A stretch of 62,626 bases of DNA, counting the filler, from Bipalium vagum (Eukaryota), in the NCBI GenBank assembly GCA_037834085.1. It is 3 parts of 3 records of this genome, joined end to end, with 100 filler letters (N's around TTAATTAATTAA, not from the genome) between each part and the next. Parts side by side here need not be neighbours in the genome. Positions count along the whole stretch, not along the records: positions 16,046 to 44,450 come from JBBMKC010052511.1; positions 44,551 to 62,626 come from JBBMKC010041293.1; 1 more part is not named here. One strand, given 5' to 3'. Positions 37,902 to 51,300 of this stretch are shown piece by piece. The notes beneath the pieces are model-generated. The model did not search any database and was not told the DNA's origin. It saw only the letters and a list, made by a program, of their open reading frames with translations. Each line of letters starts with the position of its first letter. Position 1 is the stretch's first letter. The translations under genes were made by a program, and so were the position numbers.

Positions 37902-40900
37902 TCAAAAGCGAGTCACTCTAATGGGGATGTTTTCGGTGACCAAATGGTTATCGGCAAACAAGATCACAATGACAATTTCGAATTCTGCAAAAAGCATTTA
38001 GAAATAATAAAAAATGTAATGACCAAGAATTATCAAAATTTTATTGTGAAATAGATTTTTTATGACAAATTCGTTCAATTCTTCAATTATTAACATTGAT
38101 TCTTTTCTGATTGTTTTTGTATTTGATTTTTAATATATTTTTAAAAATATTTGTATGTATAACCTTTGTCCTTTTCTTGGCATATTTCAAATAATAAACT
38201 CCTACCAATATATATTTCGGTAATTTAAACATTAAATTTTATAAAAATTTATTTATTTTAATTTAGTTTCTTATTTTAGTAATATCAAAAACATCATTGA
38301 AATTGTGTGACGATAAAGCATACATTCCACATTTACTTTGATATAAATTTTAGCAAGGTAAAAATTCTAAATTGAGTTTCCCACAGCACATGTACAATCA
38401 GGATTTCTAGATTCAAAGAAGAAAATTGATATCTACATGAAGATTGGAAACTTGGAAGAACTGCTTAGGGAGAATACTACCAGGCACTCGCATAACTCAC
38501 CATACAATTGTTAGGATATGGTTACATGATATTGGAAAAATTCAGAAGCTTGGAATGTTGATGCCACACGAACAATTTTTCTTGCATGTCAAGATGTATC
38601 TTTTTTTCTAGGTAGGCACAGAAAAAGACTATTGAATAATGTTGCTGGAGTTGAGAAATTGGTTAATTATGGTAATCCTAAGCACAGACATTCCATGGTG
38701 GATTCTGGTATGCCAGCTACCCCGGTCGCAATAGAACATATTCACGGCAAAAATCTGCTATTTTGCATACCATATGATATGAAAGGTTTTATGCATTATG
38801 ATCTTCTTAAAGTAGGTGAAGACTAGTAATGCTGAGCGTTACAGAAAGCAGCTAATGCATTTGGCTTAAAAATTGAGGACAAGAATTTTTTTTGACAAGT
38901 GTTGCCTAAGATTATTTTGTTACATGAAAATTCCATGCCGCATGTGGCTAAGCATACGCAGGAAACAATTTTGGAATTAAGTTAGGGAGTTCTTCCTCAC
39001 CTGGCTTACTCTCCAAATTCAGCTCTTAAGATTATTAATTGTTTTCTTCAATGCATCACTCTTAAAGTCGGATGTCACTTCAAGAATTTTTCCGATATAC
39101 GAGAATTTCTGGATAATTTCTTTGCTTCAAAATCTAGAACTTTCTATCGACCTGGAATTTGCCAATTATCTGAAAGATGGCAAGTGATGACCAATATTAG
39201 GTTTTATATTGGGTTCAGGAATATATTCATTAAGTAGTTATATATTCTACTTCCTTCTTAATTACTTCTTGCCAGCGATCCACAATGTTTTAATTCCATG
39301 ACGATAAAAAGCCAAATCTCTTGAGGCAAACCATTTTAAAAACCAATTTTTATTTCTCTTTCGTTTTCAAATGATTTGAGCGATCGAAAATCCGGTGAGT
39401 AGGGAAGATGTGAAAGACCCTCCCAACCGAGCTTAGATCCCGCGGAATTATTGTGCCCAGCTTTTGAACTTTTCCAGAGTGCAAATGGTTTAGAGAAAAT
39501 TTTTCATTTGGGCTGCCGATTCCTGTGTTATTTGGTAACTATCCTCTTTGTGAATGGCCAATAATTTTTACTCATCACATTCAATTGGAAGCTTAACGCG
39601 AGGGACATCATCAAAAAAAATTTTCTTTAAAACGGACAAACTACTTTCGGGCTGTTCTGACTACAATAAATTTCTTCTTATATACACTATTAATGATTGT
39701 GATTGCCTGAGTGCATTACAACCACGATTAAATTCAAACAGAAGATGACGGGTATGTTCATTTTTTTCGATTTGGAGGCCTATTTCTTAAGTAGTATAAA
39801 ATCATAAGTCACGGTAATATTTAAGCAATAACATAAAATCAACGGAAGAATTAGAGATTTACATTAATTTAAAACACGGAATGAACTTATTCTAAACTCA
39901 ATACCTTTATTATATAAAGAATTATCAGCTTTTTTATAAAATTAAATTTTAAGAAAGATTTTAAATTTTGCTTACCCATAATATACAGTACGTTAACTAA
40001 TACCATGAAAAAAAAAATTATGAAAATAAAAATATGTAAATATAAACCGATTGAAGATACATATCGTGAAAACTTTATGTAATCAAATTCCAAAACAATT
40101 ATTGTTCTAATATACTCCATTTCATGCCAGCAAGACTAGTGAGAGTTATCAAGACTAAAGCATATGTTCATGCTTATTCTATTGTAATTGGATCTCTATG
40201 TTAAATTAAGGAAATCGTTTGCCCTAATATATGTTTTTATTTTTATAGTTTTTTGTTCAGGATATTAGTAACGTACTATATAATTAGAGAATAGCGTAAA
40301 ATTAATGATAATATTAATACTAAAATAACAATTTTTTACCGATTCTGAAATTTGTGGAATTCACTGACGGACAAGTGAACAAACGAGGAAGTAACAGGTG
40401 GAGTGGGATTTCAGTGTTTCGGGGCACATCACCATCACCCATTTGAAGGTTTTCAATTTCTGTGACTAAAAGTGTGATGGGAATAAAACAATAGACCATA
40501 TAATATATTAATTAGAATCAGTTTTCTTTTTTACGTAATTATTTTTTCAATTATCGGATTTTGGTATTTTATGTTCGTAAACGAAAATTTTAAACTTAGT
40601 TTTCCTAAAAAAACAGATTGTAAACGAATATGGGAACTACGTCAATTATTTCAATATTTACTTTTTACCTGCAAGCTAATCAATAATTATTTTCAATAAT
40701 CGAATATATTATTTTAAAAAATAAAAATATGAATAATCAATATTAATACTCAATAATTACTAAAAAGTACTAATAATGTTATTAAATCATTAAAAGTAAT
40801 CTATTATTATTTTTTTTAATATTATTATTATTGATCAATAATTATGTTATTACAGTTATTAATGATTTTATTATATTTAATAAAATAATCGATTATTTTT

Positions 40901-42422
40901 AAAATAATTTTTGTTATTTTCAAAATATTTTTCAAAAAGATCAAAAGACTCACTGTCCTTAGAAAAACCTTCAGCACAGCCACAGGTCTCTATGCGAACC
41001 AGTTGCAATTCCACAGACTTGATTGTCTGGTCACAATGCTCAATGATGATATGTCCATTGATGGGTTGGGCCATTGGGATCTCTGAACTGTCTATTTGAC
41101 CGACAATACTGAAATTGGGCAGCTTGGGAATCTGAAAGTCAACAATCAAGCTAAAGTGATATTTCGTTTTGTATTCGGCGGACTGTTTCAAAAAGAATAT
41201 ATCCTCCATTTTATGAAAACGAAATTTATTAATTTATTGATTTATTACTGTGTAAAACGTGTGTCAGTTTCCATCTATCAATTATTTATTAAACAAGAAT
41301 CGGATTTTTATACTCAATCATTAAATGACTTTGCTGTTGATGAAAAAATGACAATAAAATCCATTGTATACTCATTATTTTAGAAGCATTTTGCTATTTT
41401 ATTGAATTGCATCGAAATTATTGGATCTGTTGTTTAATAAATCTAGTTTAATCAGATATCTATATTTTTGTATTATTATTATTTAATATAGTATTATAAA
41501 TCATTGAATATATATATGTTGATAAATTTTTATTCACCAAAATCATCATAATCTTTTTTCAACAACAACAAAATTAAATATTGAAATAGCTTTACGAAAA
41601 TGTACTATCAACATCAATGACGTATGACGTCGAAATAGAAAACTTTTAAAAAGATATTAGTTTTTGATCAAATCAAAATAATTAATAAGAATTACATTGA
41701 TAACATTGGTAACGCTTTGGGGATTCATTTGGAACGTGACTTGCTTCTTCTGAGCGATGTCTTCCTTAATACCCAGATCCTGAATGCACAGTACGAATAA
41801 GAAAATGAACCTCAACAATAGCTCACTTTATATTGGACCAAAACGTCAGTTTGTACCTGGATCGATTTCTGCAACAATGAGCGTTTTATTTCGACAGTCA
41901 GTGTGTACTGCGAATTAAGGAAATGAATAAAATGAAGGTGGATTAATAAACGTCTCACTGTGATGTTGATGAACACTCCTCGATATGTTTCCAGCAATCT
42001 TTTGATACCAGAGGTCGAGCTCACGCTCATCTGCAACGGAATCTCGAACGGGATTTCAATACCGCTCGGAGGCAGTTTTCCCGACTTAGACAATTCGATG
42101 GACTTATTCACTATTTGAATTGGCTAACATACACATTCAAATACTTCATTAAAGATAATTAACTAAACAACTTTGACGGAATTATAAATAGCATCAAATC
42201 GACCATGGGTTTTACTGCTAATTTCAAGATTTATGATACCGTTTAGAGTTAAATTTATGCTCTGGTATGACAACTCTTGTTTGGAATCCACAAATACTAT
42301 ACCGGATATCATTTCCTAGATTAAATTAATCAGTTTTTTAACCTATTTAGATAGAATTCTACATTTTCAACATATGTTTTGTTGGCTTTCTTCAGTCTAA
42401 TCTCTACAACGGGCTGACTCAT
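37902..42422 (-). CDS. VPS26C: VPS26C / Down syndrome critical region protein 3 (Retriever complex subunit)
   Basis: Exons 42422-42363, 42315-42172, 42123-41959, 41907-41827, 41779-41696, 41131-40954, 40465-40340, 37984-37902. All GT-AG, 921 nt in frame. Motifs: EIRLKKANKTY, GRFDAIYNSVKPIQI, EIPFEIPL, ETYRGVFINI, IKSVELQLVRIETCGCAEGFSKD, PRLFTCP, EFEI..LVTENIPI. Confidence 0.95.
38300..39200 (+). mobile_element. mariner relic (in VPS26C last intron)
   Basis: IHGKNLLFC, IILLHENSMPHVAK, VLPHLAYSPNSA, GICQLSERWQ. Confidence 0.85.
39240..39780 (-). mobile_element. mariner relic, tail-to-tail with the previous one
   Basis: LGWEGLSHLPYSPDF and DRWQEVIKKEVEYI on the minus strand. Confidence 0.75.
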
Positions 42423-42789
42423 GCTTGAATATTATCTGGAACTATAATAATTGAAAGTTCATCAATTACCACGATTATTTAAACAAAACTTAAAACTGTT
42501 ATTATTTCTTTTTTTTAATTTTCAGTTTCATGTTTTAGTATTTTTGATTTTGTCTTTTTCAAATTAATCTAACTTTATTGAGTTTTAGCTTCTTCTATAA
42601 ATTTAAATATTAATTAATACGAAAAACCTACTTAGTAAATCACAGTGCTACCTTATTATTTTAACTTCGAGATAATGTCATTATAATTAATATCGTATTA
42701 GTAATACAAACATATTTTAAGGTTTCAAGAAAATTATATAGCACGATCTTAATTGCTTTGTGTTGATGAATCTAAACAAAGACTTCAAG

Positions 42790-44331
42790 CTAGAGCTGAT
42801 GATTGCTCTGGAATATGAGTGTTAAATATAAGTGTGATTATCTTCAGTCTGATTCTTCTTAAGTCAAAGTATGGATGGATTTCTGTGATATATTTGTCTG
42901 TTATCAGAATACTTACCTGTTAATAAGAACTGATAAATCCGAGTTACAGGATATTGCGTCACTTTCACAAGAGATTTTATGATCATTTTTTTATTATCCT
43001 AAAGGCTTATTGTAGATATTGTAAATTCTCGATTTTCAAAAATCTTTATTTCTTTGTTCTATTATCCTCTATACACAAAATTTTATTTCAAAAAAAATTT
43101 ACATGCTAGATAATGATGATAAAATTTTCTACTGGGCCACATTCACAGGTGTTACAGATTACAGTTATCAAATCCTAAACTTTTAAGAAAAAACTGTAAA
43201 TGAGCCATAAGTAATTGAGAGATTGAAATATCCCATAGTACTTTCTCTAAGAAATCAGTCAAAATTAAGCAGCAAAAACAAATAAAAAGAAAGAATCACT
43301 CATTTACCAAAATACATTTATATTAATAAATACATGTATATTATTTTTATATAAACCAATTTTTATTAATTTAATGTTTATTTTATTAAATTCCTGTCCC
43401 CCATTGTCATAATTTTTAGCCAATCGTTAAAATAATTCGTGATCTCCTCTCAACTACTAAGACAATATTCACATCATCAGATCGGACTTATTAGGTAAAA
43501 ATTGTCGATTAGTTAATTAATTCAATAAATATTTCATCGATCGTTCCTTATGAAAACACTGACTTGGTAACTGATCGTAAATTCTACATACCAAGACTAG
43601 ATATAACTACCTAGAAATATAAGTCAAATCAGTCATACGGTGCGAGGTATTTTGGTTTTTGTGTCTACTTTCTCTTAAATGGCCAATGACTTAAATTCCA
43701 TATATCACAGGTAAGCAGATCATATTTCACCGGTTTTCAATATTTACTTACCAAAACTGTAATTTTATCAGATTTCACATTTGGCGTAACACTCAAGTTT
43801 AGCAATTTCAAAAATTAGAGTAGTAAAATCAAATATTAATAAATCTTAAATACTTTTGAATAAATATTAAATTGCACTTTCATCTTTCCTAAAATAATAA
43901 AAATTGAAAAATGAAGAGAAAACGATAGACAGCTAAATATTAATATTTTTAAAATCAATAAATGTTCATTATTCGAACACTTGAATTATTTTTTCTTGTT
44001 CAAGAAAAATATGGAAATAGATTTGCGGGATGACGATGTAGCCCATCAAATTAGTTAACAATTAGTCAAAATGAACAGAAGCCTAAAAATTATTATACAA
44101 GATTAAGTTTTTAATATGTAGAAATTTAATAAATAATAATTTATAATTAATAGTAATTAATTTAATAAATGACCGAAGCTAGTTTTGGTTTAAGTCGTCA
44201 ACAAAAATTATCATCAAAATTATTAATCTAAGCTGGATAAAAACATTAAAGCAAATTCCACATACCTGACCTTGGCCAGTTAAACTGAATTTCAGCCAAA
44301 ATGTCTTGTTAAAAGGTGCTAAAAATATTCT
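42790..44331 (-). CDS. possible multi-exon gene of unknown function (3' part; 5' end may be lost in the gap)
   Basis: Exon-like blocks with canonical sites: IFLAPFNKTFWLKFSLTGQGQ|GTATGT (~44266-44329), and DNKKMIIKSLVKVTQYPVTRIYQFLLT|GTAAGT followed by a 34-nt intron and EIHPYFDLRRIRLK..ALA*. No recognisable domain. Confidence 0.3.
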
Positions 44332-44450
44332 GGAAATTCAACATACATACACTACCGCTCAAAAGTATTATAAAGGTACTTGAATTTTTAAATATAATAC
44401 AAATAGATCATTTTCATAAGGATTTATTGTTTTTAAAAAGTTTATTTAGA

Positions 44451-44550
44451 NNNNNNNNNNNNNNNNNNNNNNNNNNNNNNNNNNNNNNNNNNNNTTAATT
44501 AATTAANNNNNNNNNNNNNNNNNNNNNNNNNNNNNNNNNNNNNNNNNNNN
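44451..44550. other. assembly gap with six-frame-stop linker
   Basis: 44 N + TTAATTAATTAA + 44 N. Confidence 0.95.
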
Positions 44551-47185
44551 TATATATATATATATGATTTTTTTCTAAAAAAATGAATGTTAAATATTAA
44601 AATTATAAGGGCTTAGAAACAAAGTCTTCGAGAAACAGTCTTCTCTACAAGTTTAAAAGAGTTTACTTAACATTTCAAATTATTACTATATGAATAAAAT
44701 AAAATAAATCTTAACTTGGTTAAAAGTTTATTATCAAAATTCATGAAACTAAAAATAAATAATTGTTTATTATCTGCTACACATACATTTTATTTTCAAA
44801 TCTAGACAATTTCTTTCATTGACAGTAGTCTATTTTAAATAGAGTAATTGCAAAATAAACAACCATTAATTGCTAGAATTTGCAGACTCATTTTGTTATT
44901 CTTTTGTAAAGGAAAAAGACTTAAACACAGTCCAAATAATTTAAATGGAAACTACCAAAATGTCTCATTTTTTAAACACTCAATGAATTTATTATATTTC
45001 TTAAATCGTAAAATATCTGAATTTTTTCTAATGACACCTACTGTCTTAATAAAGTAAAAAATAATTGATTTAAATTAAAATATTTTCCTGTCAAATTTTA
45101 AAACCATTCTGAAAAATATACCACTTATTTTCAATTTTTAAAAATTATTTTAAAATTTTAAGTTTAAATTTAATAGACATTTATGAAATTCACATCTAAA
45201 AATTATAAAAATCAATAGTACCAGAAAACTGTTAATTATTTTTGAAAGAAGGAAAATGTTAAATATGATTAAAATGAACAGCCGATAATTATATTCAGAA
45301 CTCAAATATTTATATTATATTTCAACATTATTTTTATTGTTTGACAATTCAATAGACTCATCCTCACTTTCTAAACAGTTGTTGTAGATAGTTTCACAAT
45401 GTACTTGCATTTCACATTTTTTAATCTTCAAAAATATATTAAAACGGAATAACAAAAGTATTTTACTCAATCAATAAGTTCAAACTGATATCCTGTGAAA
45501 AATAAATTGTTAACGATGTAAGAATTCTAGACTAGCTAACATATATGTATATCAACTTACTTATATCTGTATTTTTGCTTTTAGTCTCACAAATAAGTTA
45601 TAAAATATTTCATGTAATTATGATGAAATATATGAAGATCTACTCAAAATTCGAAAAGAAGACATTCAATTAAATAATCAAAATTTATAAATACAAAAAC
45701 AATTTTTCACTCAAATACCCACACTCATGAAGTTTCTTTTCATTCAAATTTCTGACATTATCTGAAAATTTATTTTCCGTTGAACTTTTCAATGATTTTT
45801 AATCCTTTGAAAAATTTTCGTTCCAAAGAATGCACTGTTGATCCAAAATATACAATCAATTATATCCTTCGTTTTATTTCTGAAAATCAAGTGATTGATA
45901 AAATGTTAATAGTAATTTTTTCTGAAATGAAGTCAAATCGATTCTTCTTTTCTTAATTCCACTTCCTTCAGTTTTTGACCTTATGTTTTTAACAATGTGT
46001 TAACAAAAGGTAATAATACAATTCTTTGTCTTATTAAATGTATTATAAAAATAAATTTAATATAAATAAAATGTATTGTTATATTTCAATTTAACAAAAC
46101 ATATATCGAAGTTTTTTTATTTTTTAAAAATAAAATAATCCTATGGATATGGATATATCAAGAAAATAAAAGATTAAAAATGATGATATTTACGATAAAG
46201 AAAAGTTTTTAAAAAAATGAAATTTCTTAAGACATAAGCAGCTTTTATTAGTTGTGAATTGAGAGTTCATTGGAATTTCTTTATCCCGGATCATTTAAAA
46301 TTCTTTATCCAATGATCATTCCTATATAAGAAATCTGAGATAGATTTTTGAAAAATTATTAATTTTATATTGCCTTTTCATGCCCTTTCATTAAACGAGA
46401 AAAAATTAAAAAATACTTATATATAAAAATTCATTACATATAATTTTATATTACTCAAAATTTCAGATACGTTTTTTGTAATCGGGTATTAAATTAAAGT
46501 AAAAATTCTTACTCAGATCATGATTTTGGATACATCTTTCGGTAAAGATATAATCGTACAATGAAGCAAAATATACAAACCGAGGGTTTAAAATATCACC
46601 TGGTTGTAATATCGGTTGACAGCAATTAATAGGACCTGAAATCAATGTCATTTGTATTTTACATCAAATTGAATATGATTGGTTTAAATAAGAATTTAGT
46701 TGTAGGAATTTTATTCAGTAAAACAGTATTTAATTTAATTTGAGATAATTTTCAAAATTTTCTAGGATTTTTTCAAGTCTAGCTTTTTTAAAATTCCAAC
46801 CTTAATATATTAATTTTTCCTTAAAAGTAATATGAATTTTAATAATATAAATTTTTATTTAAAAATATAATAATTTATTTAAATTGAAATAATTTTTAGA
46901 ATATTAAATTTTCAGTTGACAATATAATAAATGAAATATTGTGAAATGATAATAAAATACCAGAAATTAAAAAATATTGATTTAAATCAATTATCTACGA
47001 TTTTAATGAAAATTTTTTAATAATTAGTTGAGAAATTTTATAAAATTTGAAAAAATAATAAAGTAAAATATATTTAAAAATTACCAGTTGTAATATTTTC
47101 TCCGATATATAAAAGATCTTTTTTTTACAAATAAAAAGAAAATTGTCAACTATTTGACTTTCGTAGTTATTTCATGAAATATATT

Positions 47186-47782
47186 AGGGGGTGCATTAAT
47201 TCTGATCGAAAATTAATTAAAATAAACAATAATGTTGGTGATATTTTAAATAGTAACAATTCAAATTTATTTTAAATATTTGAATATCTACTGTAAGTTT
47301 ATGTAGGTTTATAAATGCTATTTGTTTAAATAAACAAATAAAAGACTCAATGAACAAATAGATCAAATTTTACATTTCAAATTTGTATTGTTTTTTTCGA
47401 TAATCGCACAAATAAAAGGTTATTATTTGTTTCGGTTGGAGGTTTTATTTTCGATACAAAGCCTCGCAAGATCACATCTTTCTTTAACCGCCAAGCAAAC
47501 ACTGTTAGAAATGCAATAGGAAATCCTAAACATACTGAGCACTTTCCAGACCAGCTCCGACAGATTTTCATTATTTCAGGTCAATAGCACATTCTCTGGA
47601 TATGCAAATTGATTCGTTCAAAATTGGGTGTCCATTCGGATTCATTCTAAAGAAAAATCAATTTATCAAAGTGGAATATTCATGTTGCCTTTGTTATGGG
47701 AGAACGTTGGAAAATACTTTGATTCTAATGTATTTGTCATAAAATAAATATTTAAAATCTGAAATTAATGCACCATTCTAAT
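47186..47782. mobile_element. degenerate Tc1/mariner-type TIR element
   Basis: Imperfect TIRs TAGGGGGTGCATTAATT / AATTAATGCACCATTCTA. The interior is decayed. Confidence 0.4.
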
Positions 47783-48386
47783 AAATAACTAATATTTTTA
47801 TAGAAACCTCAAGACATGTACATAATATTGTTTTTGAATTTTTATATAGACTCAAAAAATGTCCTTGAAAAATTATAGCATTAATTAAGTGAAAATAAAT
47901 ATCAAGCTCAGTTTTCTTGAAATTTTAATAATTAAATTTAAACAACATTGTAAATATTACATTTTTAGATCGAAATTGTAAAGTGAATCTATATCTATGA
48001 GTGGATCTGTAAAAATATTGTTCTCTCTGGTCTACAACAGAAAATATTTATGATAAAAATCTATCATTTTCTAAAGTTAAAAAATCAAAAAAGTTTATAA
48101 TCAAAAGACTGGATTAATTTTCAAAGAAACAAGGATATATATCGTATTGGAAGAAAAACTGCTCGGATAATTTGAAAAACTTAACAAATCAAAGTAAGAA
48201 ATTTTTTAAAAACATTTTTAATAAAATGATAATTTTAACTTCAAATGATCTAGAAATATTATTTATCAATATTAATATTGGACAATGAATTTTTTCAGAT
48301 AAGCGCATATGCGCATGTTACCCATCCAAATCATTTGTAAAATCAGTAAACAAAGAGATTTCACTACAATAGTACATATAAAAAAT

Positions 48387-51300
48387 TCAATAAATTTCAG
48401 TATACAAATTTATAGGACCTATTAAATCACAATATAACAATTAACACTTAAATCGATTTTCAATAATTAATTAACCGATAAATAAAAAGCATTACAATAA
48501 AGCTAATTGAATAAGCCGAAAGATTACAATTACAAATGATAAAAGTTTCGAAAAAAATTATCCCTTCTACTACATTACCTGACAGTTACTCGTTAGATAA
48601 AAAGTAATTAAATTTTAGAAAATTTATTTATTTGTCGGACGTAAAGATTGGTTAGTTTTTTTTAAAAAAATAGCCATGTAATACAAAAGAGTGTACTGAA
48701 TAATTAGTCATTAGTTGATTTAGTTAAGTTACATACTTGACCGAAAAAGGCTTAGCAAGGTACGGATGGACAGTGATGTTTTCAAAAGTAACGAAATTTT
48801 GATTTTGAAACATAGTTGAAAAGATTTGAATAATTTTAGTATACGCTGATTAATAACAAACGTTTCAACCAAAATTTTAATAAAGAATGTTTAATGGTGT
48901 CAAAAACACCTGCCTTTGAAAAGTTTTTTCAACATTATTGTATGGTAAGTATGAAAATCACATTTTTTAAAACAATCATGGTGATATTTGCAAAATACTG
49001 TTAATAAACATTTAATATTTAAATTTGAAAGACTTATTTGTTTTTGGGTCACATAAACCTATTATGATAGAGTAAAGTTTTACTAATCGAAAGTAAAAAA
49101 AATCCTAAGAATTTGCCAAAGTGCTAAAATTATTTAATTCACTTTCGGGGTCTGAATTGACAGATCCAAATGATTGAAATCACATTTAAGACCTAATTGA
49201 TTAGTTCAATTAAATGAAGTTTCAAATGTAATTTCTCTGATAAATTTTTAAAGTATAAATTTATTAAATCGTAAAAATATAATAATAGTAATGAATTGAC
49301 AGTAATTTGAAAATTAGTAATGAAATTAAAAATGTTTGTTTACCATCATTTTTTGGAAAGATAACAATAACTGCACTGATTAAAGATATTTCAAAGTCGT
49401 CCATTTCCATTGTTAAAACAGAATTGCAATTTTTGGCAAATTGAAAAAGGAATTTAAAGAATTTTTTCATTGGGGTTTCTATGAGAACGGAGTGTGGGAA
49501 TTTCATTGTCAATTTATTATTGTAGATAACATCTTCAGAAACATTTACCAATCTAGTCAACCAAACATAAAGAGTTTGTATTATTTTCCTTTTTAAGAAA
49601 TCATCGTTTTCTATGGTATTTATATCAAAAAATTCCATGTCTGAATATAAATTGAATTTATCAATAATATAAAGCAAAAAGTGTCATTTTATAATTTATC
49701 TTCAACGTAATCAAATATAATTAATATTCATATCATTTTTATTAATATTCTTTAATACAATTTTGATTAATATTTATTGTTATAAATTTGGAAATCATTT
49801 CTTCTTTTATTCAGGTAAATGGGTAAAAATTCTATAGTGACGTAAACGCATGATACAGGTGATAATTTAATTTCACAATAATTTACAAAGAGAATACCAG
49901 TTAATTTAATAATAATCAGAAAATTCGAAAATCAACCAAATAAATTCTTGGTTGATTTTCGAACAATTTTCGACCAAAACATATTTTTTACTCTTCATCA
50001 TAAAAAGATACTTAACCAAAACTAAAAAATAAGAATATACAAAAGCCTAAAACGAATAAGGTTATTACATCAACAACAATTTAACAATGATTATTTTCTG
50101 ATGAAGATAATCCAATTTCAACTGGAAAAGAGAAACGACAATTAATATCTATCATATATGTGAATAGAATTTCAAATGTTTAATATTATTTTGTCTTGAA
50201 CAAACTGGATAAATCGAATATTCATTGCTTTTTTTTAAAAAATTTACTTTGAATACTTTTACCATGGCTTTTAGACGTCTGTTAATTGAAGACCAAGAAG
50301 CATTTTTTGATTTAGCAAATTCAGTTTGAGTTTGATCTTCAGCCACCAATACTTCCGTCTTGATCTTCAAACACTTTCGTTTGTCCTAGGCGCTCTTTAT
50401 CTAACATCATAAATAAGATACAAGCAAACCATCTTTTGCAAGAGTATTGTCCCCAAGCCCCTACAGGGATTTTGTGCTTTTACTGCAGATTTTTCTGTAG
50501 CAAAATGTAATAACATTACTTCGCACAAATGTTGCTTATTTTATTTATTTAACAGCCATCTAAAAAGGAATAAATATAAGATATAGTTAAAGATATCTAA
50601 ATGCTTTTATTTTTGAAATGCAAATAATATATTCAAATAGTTTATTAAACAAATGAAAAATGTTCTTTATTACAGCTATTAAAAAAAGGTTCACTTTCAA
50701 TTCATATACCTAATATATGTGTATTTAATTTATAATTTGGAATTATTATCTGATGACGTAAGATATAAGATGAACATAGTGTTAATTTTTTCAACTTGTT
50801 CTCATTTGTTAAGGAATGTGGAATCCACTTGCTTAGTTTCAAAGTTTTCCCCATTGTATGTAATTGTGTGCGACATGTTTCATCACTTAAGAACTTTTAC
50901 CAAATCCCGGCATGATAAATTTGAATTCTCTTCAATAACTTCTTGCAACTAATTGATGCCTGAAGGTTTGCCGGAATAAAAAATAAAACCATTTCTCTAC
51001 ATAATAATAATATTTTTTGAAGTACTGTTCAGAAAGATGTCTGATGAATATGGTGGGTGAGATAAAACTCTGCTATTGTATGCTTCACTAATATCGAAGT
51101 GTGGGGGCCAGCATTATTATTCTGTAACATCAATGTCTCATGTCTATTGGAATAATTTGTCCGTTTTTGGTGTTATTGTTGTTCAGAACGTCGATCATTC
51201 ACATTTGTTCAGGAGATCAAAATAAAAAATACCCATTTGATACAAAAAATGGACAACAGCACCTTGTATTCATGCAAGTCTCGTTTTCTATTTAATAATA

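Noticed and set aside
45300-45700. Candidate terminal exons of the nuclear receptor
   Set aside because: They contain in-frame stops, and a phase-consistent ending with an AF-2-like motif already exists at 48387-48845.
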